A DNA stretch of 64,000 nucleotides, taken from NCBI GenBank assembly GCA_039028335.1, contig JBCCIF010000002.1:12317-76316 (forward strand), written 5' to 3'. The DNA comes from Bacteroidota bacterium (GTDB taxonomy: Bacteria > Bacteroidota > Bacteroidia > Flavobacteriales_D > JABDKJ01). A program made the position numbers and the translations under genes. The notes under the pieces are model-generated. The model did no database searches. It was not told the DNA's origin and worked only from the letters and a program-made list of their open reading frames with translations. Position 1 is the stretch's first letter. Every line of letters starts with the position of its first letter. Of this stretch, positions 28,401 through 35,763 are shown piece by piece.

Positions 28401-28537
28401 TGCTTCAAAATAATATTGAACTTGACTTAAATAGCGAAATGGAAAACGTGTACACAAGTTTCTATATCGTAGAAAAAGAAAGAAAAGTGAAAGTCAAGAA
28501 GTTTGGTTCACAAGGAACAATCATCAAAAGAAACTAG
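25433..28537 (+). CDS. large secreted outer-membrane protein: N-terminal Ig-like region, Tyr/Asn/Gly/Phe-rich beta-barrel-like core, two C-terminal SdrD-B/carboxypeptidase-regulatory-like domains (usher-like candidate)
   Basis: 1034 aa with a signal peptide (LLLLSVSFVSA|QT). The core, ~aa 300-830, has amphipathic beta-strand periodicity. The C-terminus has YDLNGNDVQDKGETAVPNVVLKLNDYEVLTNDNGFALIENLPHETYYL and a second NFDGSFDLYLPNGNYTLTI module. Confidence 0.5.
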   Translation: MKNIYLKLFLAFLLLLSVSFVSAQTEETAFPIDSLNQIIDNSTDTIPTQENTPVISNTEEQVQPFVNQDSLNIKPPKMNRGIEISFAKSELKPESGEILSNVLKIVNHNTEAKIILPEYNHPASWKLVGQKDVWYEIQANDTIYVPVRIIPQAIASGQSNYQINVFIYNDKGIQILTDHFNCVTDKTVQWNVQNSDDKIYFKHGENWEDLSFNISNTSVFPQEIFMTTAAAKGSLALSRDGEELEEGESSTFQLDSFEDTTFTYTATIDNLRRNFRRVSLLGHIPNRNNQTRRYSVYMNTQETKSVGQTDYRNGSKIDLIKLANVLRATEYSSNDLPLDVQANYQNILGDFPFLSINMNGYKNLNNDASLNYFTQLNYNQVFWNAQNLGNIPWYLGYFSREWTAQAGNINGGIVGMPAVGKGVKGSYFINPQHEVGGFFTSSKGFLQTGHTDSYGIHYQYNFPNNGFVMGKLGRYTNGLNGTSGNVLSVQSSYRLAEKHSIGAFGGFSTRNFLWGGIMTPQTGGLFGLNYTSRFLENKLFVNVGGRYNSKFFGNSTTEILTSDAKVQYEISNKWSVFYSGNYANIDAFNPATAFFNPFSSYDFFQNRVVFTTTNRWGTFNPGLYYNFNKFFDYNVQARGLSLRFSRLNYLKNTLLSFYSEAGYTDNRGQSEIGDYFNFRMNMLYRIRTLTLTSNYRYGANNKSAQDYQTATGQAPQLGRISASHQYLFNNQHWILETNTSYTYNNRFKSQFLGIFPELFYFSNSGWRYSINPGYTVSITNYNADLLNLYQNVPINSDDVGSNVNKGFRLNVSARKTFGIPIPFVKPQNSNISYNTFYDLNGNDVQDKGETAVPNVVLKLNDYEVLTNDNGFALIENLPHETYYLQSFPLEDMQGWFAKVPDSLVISTDMIIQIPFVRGVKVMGDVILNRQEIAVTDERPFDLSNIRVSANDGNKVYSTLTNFDGSFDLYLPNGNYTLTIDENILGDKYSLLQNNIELDLNSEMENVYTSFYIVEKERKVKVKKFGSQGTIIKRN

Positions 28538-29910
28538 GCAATTTCTTTTTCCTGAAATGTAATTCCAAGATTTTCCAATTCGTTTAGAATAGGTGTATAA
28601 ATTGCTGAATGTGTAGGCAGATGTACTCCTTTTAAGTTAATTTGATCGTTCAAAATCAATTTAGCTCCTATTGCTAAGGGAAGACCCACCGTTTTGGCCA
28701 TTCCTGTGTAGATTTCATCATCCCCAATACAAACCAATGAAGACTGTATTTCCTTGGCTTCTTCATCCATTCTAAACCTGAATTGATGCCACATGACAAT
28801 CATATCTTTATCACCATCTTCCAATTGCCATTTCCGCTCCAAAAGTTGCTGAAGTATTTGAGCTGGACTGGCATTTTCAATACCTACTTTCTCGTTTTCA
28901 AATAAGCCCAGCCATTCTAATTTATCAAATACCTCATCCTCAGGATCGAGACGCAGAACATACTTCAATTTTAATTCGACAGAATCACTTGGGTGATACG
29001 CCAAAAATGAATTGGTAAAATCGCGATAGGTCATGTTTTCCGACCCTTCTAACTGATATGTATCATCTGTCATCCCTAATTGAACAAGCGCATCCCAAGC
29101 TCGGCAATAGCCTGATTTCCTGAGCGTACCTCGATAAATTGTAGGAATGTCTTCAAGATTATAAATCGATCGATATTTAAGCGAATCTCTGTTGGCATAG
29201 CCATCAAATTTTCCATATCCATCAATCTGTATTTTCTCTATCCGCTTGAAAAGTTGGTTATAAGGAATGTATTTGTAACGACCATTTCTAATATATTGAA
29301 CGGCTCCTCCCTGCCCAGCCAAGACTACATTTCTCGGGTTCCAAGTAAATTTATAATTCCATGGATTGGTATCGCTCTCAGGTGCTATTAATCCTCCCGT
29401 GAAACTTTTGAAGCTTTCCATTACCCCACCCTTATTTTTCACCTCATCGATGATCTGCATAGCCGACATATGATCCAAGCCTGGATCAAGTCCCATTTCA
29501 TTCAGTATAATAATTCCAGCATCACAAGCATCTGCATCCAAAGCCTTTATATCGTCAGAAACGTATGATGGTGTAATAACGTCTTTCTTAAATGCTATGC
29601 AATCCTTAACCACGTGAATGTGAAAATGAGCAGGTAACATTGAAATAATGAGATCATGCTCTTTGATTTGCTGCTTTCGCTCATCCTCATTCATTGCATC
29701 GAAAACAAGTCCTTTGGCATTTTGCAGTCCTTCTAAACGCTCGTCAATTAGGCTTTGTTCCCTATCAGTAACCGTCAACACCCAATTGTTTTCACTTGAA
29801 TTCTCGGCTAAATATTTTATCAATGAGGAACTTGATCTTCCTGCCCCAATTACCAAAATCTTCTTCATCAATCGATTTATTGAATGCTTCAAATTTAGAT
29901 TTCTTTTCAT
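28534..29910 (-). CDS. saccharopine dehydrogenase family protein (NADP+, L-glutamate-forming type)
   Basis: 458 aa with an N-terminal Rossmann motif KILVIGAGRSSSSLIKYL, plus LNEMGLDPGLDHMSAMQIID and conserved C-terminal blocks. Confidence 0.85.
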   Translation of the reverse strand: MKRNLNLKHSINRLMKKILVIGAGRSSSSLIKYLAENSSENNWVLTVTDREQSLIDERLEGLQNAKGLVFDAMNEDERKQQIKEHDLIISMLPAHFHIHVVKDCIAFKKDVITPSYVSDDIKALDADACDAGIIILNEMGLDPGLDHMSAMQIIDEVKNKGGVMESFKSFTGGLIAPESDTNPWNYKFTWNPRNVVLAGQGGAVQYIRNGRYKYIPYNQLFKRIEKIQIDGYGKFDGYANRDSLKYRSIYNLEDIPTIYRGTLRKSGYCRAWDALVQLGMTDDTYQLEGSENMTYRDFTNSFLAYHPSDSVELKLKYVLRLDPEDEVFDKLEWLGLFENEKVGIENASPAQILQQLLERKWQLEDGDKDMIVMWHQFRFRMDEEAKEIQSSLVCIGDDEIYTGMAKTVGLPLAIGAKLILNDQINLKGVHLPTHSAIYTPILNELENLGITFQEKEIA

Positions 29911-30033
29911 GCTAAAAAACAGCTGTCAATATTTTATTTCAAGATTGAATTAAAGAATTGTCAAAAAAAATTTACTTTGAACTGGAATCCATGAAATAAT
30001 ATTCATGTGCCTGATATTCAAGGCTTTGAACAA

Positions 30034-30050
30034 TTGGCACGGCATTTGAA
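30034..30050 (+). promoter_or_regulatory. candidate sigma-54-type promoter (-24 TGGCAC; -12 deviates)
   Basis: TTGGCACGGCATTTGAA, 83 nt upstream of ATG 30118. GG-N10-GA rather than the consensus GG-N10-GC. Confidence 0.35.
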
Positions 30051-30117
30051 TTTTAAAGCATGAAACCAAGAGAATCTTTTTCCGAACAGAGAGATTTCTC
30101 TTACAAATTATTGCAAT

Positions 30118-31482
30118 ATGAAAAATTTGAAATTTCTCTTATTCTTCTTTATCGCATTTGCATTTATTTCATGTGCCACGTCTAAGTCCTTTTATAAAAA
30201 GGGCATCAAATTAGACGAAGCAGGGATGTCCGAAGAGGCAGCTGAAATGTACATGAAGTCATTGGCCAAGAAAAACACCAATGTCAATTCAAAGATTGCA
30301 CTGAAGAAAACAGGTCAGCGTGCCTTGAATGAAAAATTAGATGATTTCAATAAATCACATATGCTGGAAGATCACGATCAGGCGGTATATGAATTTGAAA
30401 TTGCAAAGCTATTCTTTGACCGTGTTGATGGGTATGGAATAAAATTAGAATTACCCAATCATTACAAAGAGCGCTATGAAAGTTCTGTAGTTGTTTATAA
30501 AGAACAATTGTACATTGAAGGCGTGACTTTGTATGAAGCCAAAAACTACAGCGAAGCGACACGAAAGTTCAATAAGATTTCCGGCTACGATCCGACTTAC
30601 AAGGACATTCAAGATTATAAGGTATTGACTTTTGCTGAGCCTTTGTATGAAAAAGGGATGCTGGCTTACGAGCGAGAAGAATGGAGAAAGGCATACAAAT
30701 ACTTCGATCAAATTCATAAGAAGAATCCAGAATTTCGTGATGTAACCGAGTTATGGCAAAGCAGTTTGGATTACGGAACATTTCCAGTAGCTGTGGTGCC
30801 CTTTGAACATGCTCCAAGTGATAAAGCGAAAAGCGAAAAATTACACTCGAGTATTTTAGGTGAAATAACCTCGATAGACAATCCATTTGTTAAAGTGGTT
30901 GATCGGGAAAATATTGATCAACTTATTGAGGAGCAAACATTAGGATTGAGTGGGGTTGTTGAAGAAGGAACAGCTGCTCAAGTTGGAAAAATACTAGGGG
31001 CGAAAGGAATGATTACAGGAGAAATACTGAATTATTCTCAAAGCCTTGGAAGATTGAAAAAGAAGACGGTACAAGCTTTCGAAGCTTATCAAGTAACCGT
31101 AAAAAATGAAGAAACAGGAAAAGAAGAACAAGTAACAAAATATAAACCCGCCAAATATTTTGATTACTATAATAAAAATGAAATTACCTTTTCAGTTCAG
31201 TACAAATGTACTTCGCTTGAGACAGGACAAATCATCTTTTCTAAAGTGTATGAGAAAACGACCAGTGATGAAATTCATTACGCAGTGTTTAATGGCGAGG
31301 GTAAGAAATTGGTTCCTTCAAAAGATGGACAACCAACTACTAGAAGGCAAGATTATGATGCATTGCAATCTCTTTTGAGAGCAAATAAGACGCTTCTAAC
31401 TCCAGAAGAATTGATTAGTGCCCATTATGATGGCATTGGCACGGAATTGGCAAAAGAAATTGAAGATTACCTTGAATTTTAA
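30118..31482 (+). CDS. lipoprotein with N-terminal TPR-like region and C-terminal CsgG/HfaB-like domain
   Basis: 454 aa with lipobox FAFISC. The C-terminal half, FPVAVVPFEHAPS...FVKVVDRENIDQLIEEQTLGLSGVVEEGTAAQVGKILGAKGMITGEI, follows the CsgG-family pattern (VaV.pF.n...f.vveR..ld.v..Eq.l..sG.v.....a..lGk.lGAd.vi.G.v). Confidence 0.7.
   Translation: MKNLKFLLFFFIAFAFISCATSKSFYKKGIKLDEAGMSEEAAEMYMKSLAKKNTNVNSKIALKKTGQRALNEKLDDFNKSHMLEDHDQAVYEFEIAKLFFDRVDGYGIKLELPNHYKERYESSVVVYKEQLYIEGVTLYEAKNYSEATRKFNKISGYDPTYKDIQDYKVLTFAEPLYEKGMLAYEREEWRKAYKYFDQIHKKNPEFRDVTELWQSSLDYGTFPVAVVPFEHAPSDKAKSEKLHSSILGEITSIDNPFVKVVDRENIDQLIEEQTLGLSGVVEEGTAAQVGKILGAKGMITGEILNYSQSLGRLKKKTVQAFEAYQVTVKNEETGKEEQVTKYKPAKYFDYYNKNEITFSVQYKCTSLETGQIIFSKVYEKTTSDEIHYAVFNGEGKKLVPSKDGQPTTRRQDYDALQSLLRANKTLLTPEELISAHYDGIGTELAKEIEDYLEF
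31436..31452 (+). promoter_or_regulatory. candidate sigma-54-type promoter inside the 3' end of the preceding gene
   Basis: TTGGCACGGAATTGGCA satisfies GG-N10-GC and lies 48 nt upstream of GTG 31485. Confidence 0.4.
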
Positions 31483-31484
31483 GT

Positions 31485-32861
31485 GTGAAGAAAATTACAT
31501 ACATACTGATACTGCTATTCCTTACTTCTTGTGGAAAACAAAAAGTAGTGATTTCTTCTATCCCCGAAATTGTCGAGAAAAATGATGATCGCCCAATTTG
31601 GATAAAAGAAAGACCGCTGGGAGACTTTGAGTACATTGGAATTGGGGCTGCGAGCAAAGTCCGGAATCCGGATGAATACATGAAAGTGGCCAAGAACAAT
31701 GCTCTTTCAGATTTATCATCAGAGATTAAGGTAACAGTCCAATCGAATTCATTCTTGTACGTACTCGATCGTAAGTACAAATTTGATGAAGAATTCAGCC
31801 AGGGAATCCAAACGTTTACCGATCAAAATTTAGAGGGTTTTGAATTCGTAGACTCCTATGAAACTGAGTTTGAATATTGGGTGTATTACCGATTAAATCG
31901 GGCTTTGTACAAAGAGAATTTTGAAAAAAGAAGGCAGGAATCCATCAAAATAAGCCATGATCTATTGAATAAAGGGCAAGAGCAGCGCTATGAGGGAAAT
32001 GTTGAAGGTGCGCTTTCACTTTTTACAAAAGCATTAGGGTCCTTACGCGAATATTGGGGTGAAAGTAATAAGGTAATTACTTCTGAAGGAGAAATCTTTC
32101 TTGAAAATGAAATTTTGTTCAATTTGCAAGAAATGATGAATGACATTAGTCTTCAGCCGGCTACAGAACAAGTCATTTTGAATATGGACAATGACTATCG
32201 ATATAATTTCGCAGTTCATGTAATCAAGAATGGAAATCCATTAAAAAATGCAAAACTCGATTTTTGTTATCCTTCGCAAAAAGGACTTGCTGAAAAGCAC
32301 TTCATCACGAATGAAAACGGAATGTCCGTTGTTCAGATTGAAGACTTTGACAAAGACTTCAAAAAGGAAAATCTGGAAGTGGAAATGGATCTTGAACATT
32401 GGTTAAGTAATGCGAGCGAAATAGAAAAAGAAATACTGAAAATCGTTAAGCCCCGCAAATTATCCATTCCTATTTTGCTGCAGAAGCCCACGTTTTTCTT
32501 CGATGTAAAGGAAAGTAATTTAGGGAGTGATTTGTCATCACCTGTTATCAGTAATGTAATTAAAAATGGTTTAACAAAAAGAGATTTTAAATTGAGTAAT
32601 AATCGAAATGAGAGTGATCTAATTGTTCAACTTTCGGCTTCAACAGAACAAGCCGGAACAAGTTATAGCTTTCACGTAGCTCATTGCGATATGGAAATCA
32701 AGGTCCTCGACAAGAAAGGAAATATTGTTTATCAAAACGCATTTCACGATGTCAAAGGATTGAATGTAAATTTTGAGTCAGCGGGAATAAAAGCACTAAG
32801 TAATGTCGCTGAAAAAGTAAAGAAAACAATGATTAAAGATCTGATAAACAGTGTTTTATAG
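31485..32861 (+). CDS. LPP20-like lipoprotein with extended C-terminal region
   Basis: 458 aa with a GTG start and lipobox LFLTSC. RPIWIKERPLGDFEYIGIGAASKVRNPDEYMKVAKNNALSDLSSEIKVTVQS matches the LPP20 lipoprotein pattern. Confidence 0.65.
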   Translation: MKKITYILILLFLTSCGKQKVVISSIPEIVEKNDDRPIWIKERPLGDFEYIGIGAASKVRNPDEYMKVAKNNALSDLSSEIKVTVQSNSFLYVLDRKYKFDEEFSQGIQTFTDQNLEGFEFVDSYETEFEYWVYYRLNRALYKENFEKRRQESIKISHDLLNKGQEQRYEGNVEGALSLFTKALGSLREYWGESNKVITSEGEIFLENEILFNLQEMMNDISLQPATEQVILNMDNDYRYNFAVHVIKNGNPLKNAKLDFCYPSQKGLAEKHFITNENGMSVVQIEDFDKDFKKENLEVEMDLEHWLSNASEIEKEILKIVKPRKLSIPILLQKPTFFFDVKESNLGSDLSSPVISNVIKNGLTKRDFKLSNNRNESDLIVQLSASTEQAGTSYSFHVAHCDMEIKVLDKKGNIVYQNAFHDVKGLNVNFESAGIKALSNVAEKVKKTMIKDLINSVL

Positions 32862-32864
32862 ACT

Positions 32865-32881
32865 TTGGCACAGTTTTCGAA
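32865..32881 (+). promoter_or_regulatory. candidate sigma-54-type promoter (-12 deviates)
   Basis: TTGGCACAGTTTTCGAA, 52 nt upstream of ATG 32918. It shares TTGGCACRG...GAA...AAAG with the 30034 site. Confidence 0.3.
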
Positions 32882-32917
32882 AGTAAAAGAGTATAGAAAT
32901 TCAGAAAACCCAGAGAT

Positions 32918-33502
32918 ATGAGAATTATGAACATGAAAAGCATTGCAATGATAGGTCTAGTGGCCATCACAATGATAGGAACAGGATGTAAAAAGAAAAA
33001 AGAAGTTGTTAAAGCACCAGAAGGTGAAACTCCAATAACAGAATATTGTTCAGGTCCCGATTTCTTCAGCAGTAAGGACTATTTTAGAGCAAGTGGTTTA
33101 GGAGAGAGCATGGACCAAGCGACAGCGAAAAAGAAAGCATTGAACAATGCACGAGCTGATCTGGCTGCAACCTTGCAAGTGACCATTAATAGCGTAATCG
33201 ACAATTATGTTAATTCCAGAGAATTCAATAACAAGGAAGAAATTGAAGAGCGCTTTGAAGGATTGACAAGAGAAATTGTTAAGCAGAATATGGTAGGTGT
33301 AAAAACGATTTGCTCGCAGCCTGTAAAAGTGAATTCAACAGGAAACATAAAGTACTACGTTGCTTTAGAATTGTCAGGAGATGATATCGTTTCTAAATAC
33401 CATGAAAGAATTTCGAAAGATGAAAGATTGAGAATAGACTACGATTACGAAAAATTCAAAGAGACTTTCGATAAAGAAATGGAAAAGCTTGAAAACAGAT
33501 AA
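32918..33502 (+). CDS. LPP20 family lipoprotein
   Basis: 194 aa with lipobox MIGTGC (the true start may be ATG 32927 or 32933). YFRASGLGESMDQATAKKKALNNARADLAATLQVTINSVI is LPP20-like. Confidence 0.7.
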   Translation: MRIMNMKSIAMIGLVAITMIGTGCKKKKEVVKAPEGETPITEYCSGPDFFSSKDYFRASGLGESMDQATAKKKALNNARADLAATLQVTINSVIDNYVNSREFNNKEEIEERFEGLTREIVKQNMVGVKTICSQPVKVNSTGNIKYYVALELSGDDIVSKYHERISKDERLRIDYDYEKFKETFDKEMEKLENR

Positions 33503-33510
33503 TTGGTTTC

Positions 33511-33550
33511 ATCCTGTCCTGTGAAAACAGGGCGGGATTTTCTTATTTTT
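33511..33550 (+). terminator. rho-independent terminator after the LPP20 gene
   Basis: A 12-bp stem, atcctgtcctgt paired with acagggcgggat, contains two G-U pairs and loop gaaa. It is followed by tttcttattttt. Confidence 0.75.
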
Positions 33551-33554
33551 GGAT

Positions 33555-33944
33555 ATGCACAAAAACCTGATTCGCCTCTCTTCCATACTTATGATATTTG
33601 CAATAATATTGGGCGCTTTTGGCGCCCATTTTTTAAAGGCAAAAATATCAGAAAACCTAATTGAGGCTTATAAAACAGGTGTTCTTTATCATCTCATTCA
33701 TGCTCTGGCCCTCTTTGTGATAGGCGCCACACAGAAAACACTTAACTCAGTTTTAAACAAAGCTAAATTCTTTCTTTTCCTTGGAATAATTCTATTCAGC
33801 GGTTCGTTATACCTCCTAAGCATAAAGGAGTTAATCGAATTTCCATCGCTTTTTCGATTTGTCGGGAAACTAACACCGATAGGAGGAGTATCTTTTATTG
33901 TTGGATGGATTTTTATATTTCTATCCTTGAAAGATAAAAGTTAG
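33555..33944 (+). CDS. DUF423 domain-containing membrane protein
   Basis: LGAFGAHFLK...GVLYHLIHALALF with four TM helices. ATG 33555 is preferred over TTG 33549, which lies in the terminator T-tract. Confidence 0.8.
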   Translation: MHKNLIRLSSILMIFAIILGAFGAHFLKAKISENLIEAYKTGVLYHLIHALALFVIGATQKTLNSVLNKAKFFLFLGIILFSGSLYLLSIKELIEFPSLFRFVGKLTPIGGVSFIVGWIFIFLSLKDKS

Positions 33945-34093
33945 TGTCTGTTTGACACATTAAAACTTTTCAACGAATTGTATAACTGACTTATTTACAG
34001 CCTATTATTGATAGCACTTGAGCGAAATAAATTGAAGAAGATGTTTGCATGCCCGCTTTCAATTCCTGTAACTTTGTCCTATAAACCCATTCT

Positions 34094-35701
34094 ATGGAAA
34101 ACCTCGGAAACAATCCACAGAATTTAGACTATTTAGGTCTTTCTAAATGTGGAAAGTTAAATTGGAACCTACTCCCCGAAGAATTAATTGAGAAAACAGT
34201 CTGTGAAGGACAAGGCAAATTAGCCAGTAATGGTGCCTTATGCATTAATACAGGCGAATTTACAGGTCGTTCACCTAAAGATCGATTCATTGTCAAAGAT
34301 GAAATCACAGCGGATAATGTCTGGTGGGGCGACATCAACAAACCTTTTGATAGTGCAAAATTTGATCAACTCGATCAAAAGATATGCGATTATTTAGAAG
34401 GAAAGGAAATTTTCGTAAAGGATGCTGCCGCATGCGCCAATGATCAGTATCAATTGAAAGTAAGGGTGGTAAGTGAATACCCCTGGTCTTCCATGTTCGC
34501 TGACAATATGTTCTTACGTTTTAGAGGTCAAGAACTCGAAAATTTTTCACCTGATTGGCATGTGATATGTGCTCCAGGTTTTATGGCCAACCCAGAGGTA
34601 GATGGAACAAGACAGCACAATTTTGCCATAGTGAACTTTAGCAAAAAGAAAATCATTATCGGAGGGACTGGATATACAGGAGAAATCAAAAAGGGAATTT
34701 TTTCTGTTTTGAATTTCGTCCTGCCTTTCGAAAGAAATGTGCTTTCTATGCACTGTTCAGCAAATGTTGGAATTCAGGGTGATACCGCTATTTTCTTTGG
34801 CTTATCGGGCACTGGAAAAACGACACTTTCATCTGACCCAAATAGAAAGTTAATTGGTGATGACGAGCATGGTTGGGCAGGTAACAAAGTCTTCAATTTT
34901 GAAGGCGGTTGTTATGCAAAGACAATTGACCTTACGAGAGAGCAAGAACCGCAAATTTTCGATGCGATTAAGCACGGAGCGATTTTAGAGAATATTGGAT
35001 TCAAACAAGGAACGATGGATCCTGATTATTCTGATGTAAGTATTACTCAGAATACGCGTGTATCCTACCCCATACACCATATCGATAACATTATGGTTCC
35101 GAGCCAGGGAGAGAATCCGCGGAATATTTTCTTTTTGACCTGCGATGCCTTTGGTGTTCTTCCTCCTATATCTAAGTTGACTAAAGCACAAGCTATGTAT
35201 CACTTCATTAGCGGCTATACGGCTAAAGTTGCTGGTACAGAAGCCGGTATTACGGAACCAGTAACGGCCTTTTCTGCTTGCTTTGGAGCACCTTTTCTTC
35301 CATTGCATCCAACAAAATATGCTGAGATGTTAGGAGAAAAAATGGATGAACATGGCGTAGCTGTTTGGTTAGTAAACACAGGATGGTCGGGAGGTCCTTA
35401 TGGAATTGGATCACGCCTGAAACTTTCTTGGACGCGATCTATGATTACTGCTGCATTAGAAGGCCATCTCAACAAAGTTCAATATCAAAATCACGAAATT
35501 TTTGGTTTGGCTATGCCTGTTGAATGTCCAAATGTCCCTGCTGAAATTCTAAACCCAAAGAATACATGGACAAACAAAGAGGATTACGACAAAAAAGCCA
35601 ATGACCTTGCAGATAAGTTCGTTAAGAATTTTGAAGATTTTGCCAGTTTGGCAAGTTCTGAAATTTTAAGTGCTGCACCAAAAGTATCAGCCAGCGTTTA
35701 A
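34094..35701 (+). CDS. pckA: phosphoenolpyruvate carboxykinase (ATP)
   Basis: 535 aa with GEFTGRSPKDRF, the kinase-1a loop FFGLSGTGKTTLS, and IGDDEHGW. Confidence 0.95.
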   Translation: MENLGNNPQNLDYLGLSKCGKLNWNLLPEELIEKTVCEGQGKLASNGALCINTGEFTGRSPKDRFIVKDEITADNVWWGDINKPFDSAKFDQLDQKICDYLEGKEIFVKDAAACANDQYQLKVRVVSEYPWSSMFADNMFLRFRGQELENFSPDWHVICAPGFMANPEVDGTRQHNFAIVNFSKKKIIIGGTGYTGEIKKGIFSVLNFVLPFERNVLSMHCSANVGIQGDTAIFFGLSGTGKTTLSSDPNRKLIGDDEHGWAGNKVFNFEGGCYAKTIDLTREQEPQIFDAIKHGAILENIGFKQGTMDPDYSDVSITQNTRVSYPIHHIDNIMVPSQGENPRNIFFLTCDAFGVLPPISKLTKAQAMYHFISGYTAKVAGTEAGITEPVTAFSACFGAPFLPLHPTKYAEMLGEKMDEHGVAVWLVNTGWSGGPYGIGSRLKLSWTRSMITAALEGHLNKVQYQNHEIFGLAMPVECPNVPAEILNPKNTWTNKEDYDKKANDLADKFVKNFEDFASLASSEILSAAPKVSASV

Positions 35702-35763
35702 ATTCTAAGCGGATTTTTCAGATTCTGTTTTGCATTCTATTTTTAAAAATGGACTTTTGATAA

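Noticed and set aside
31415-31780. 121-aa minus-strand ORF spanning the junction of the CsgG-like and LPP20-like genes
   Set aside because: It is antisense to two well-supported lipoprotein genes and has no signal peptide or motifs. It is a shadow ORF.
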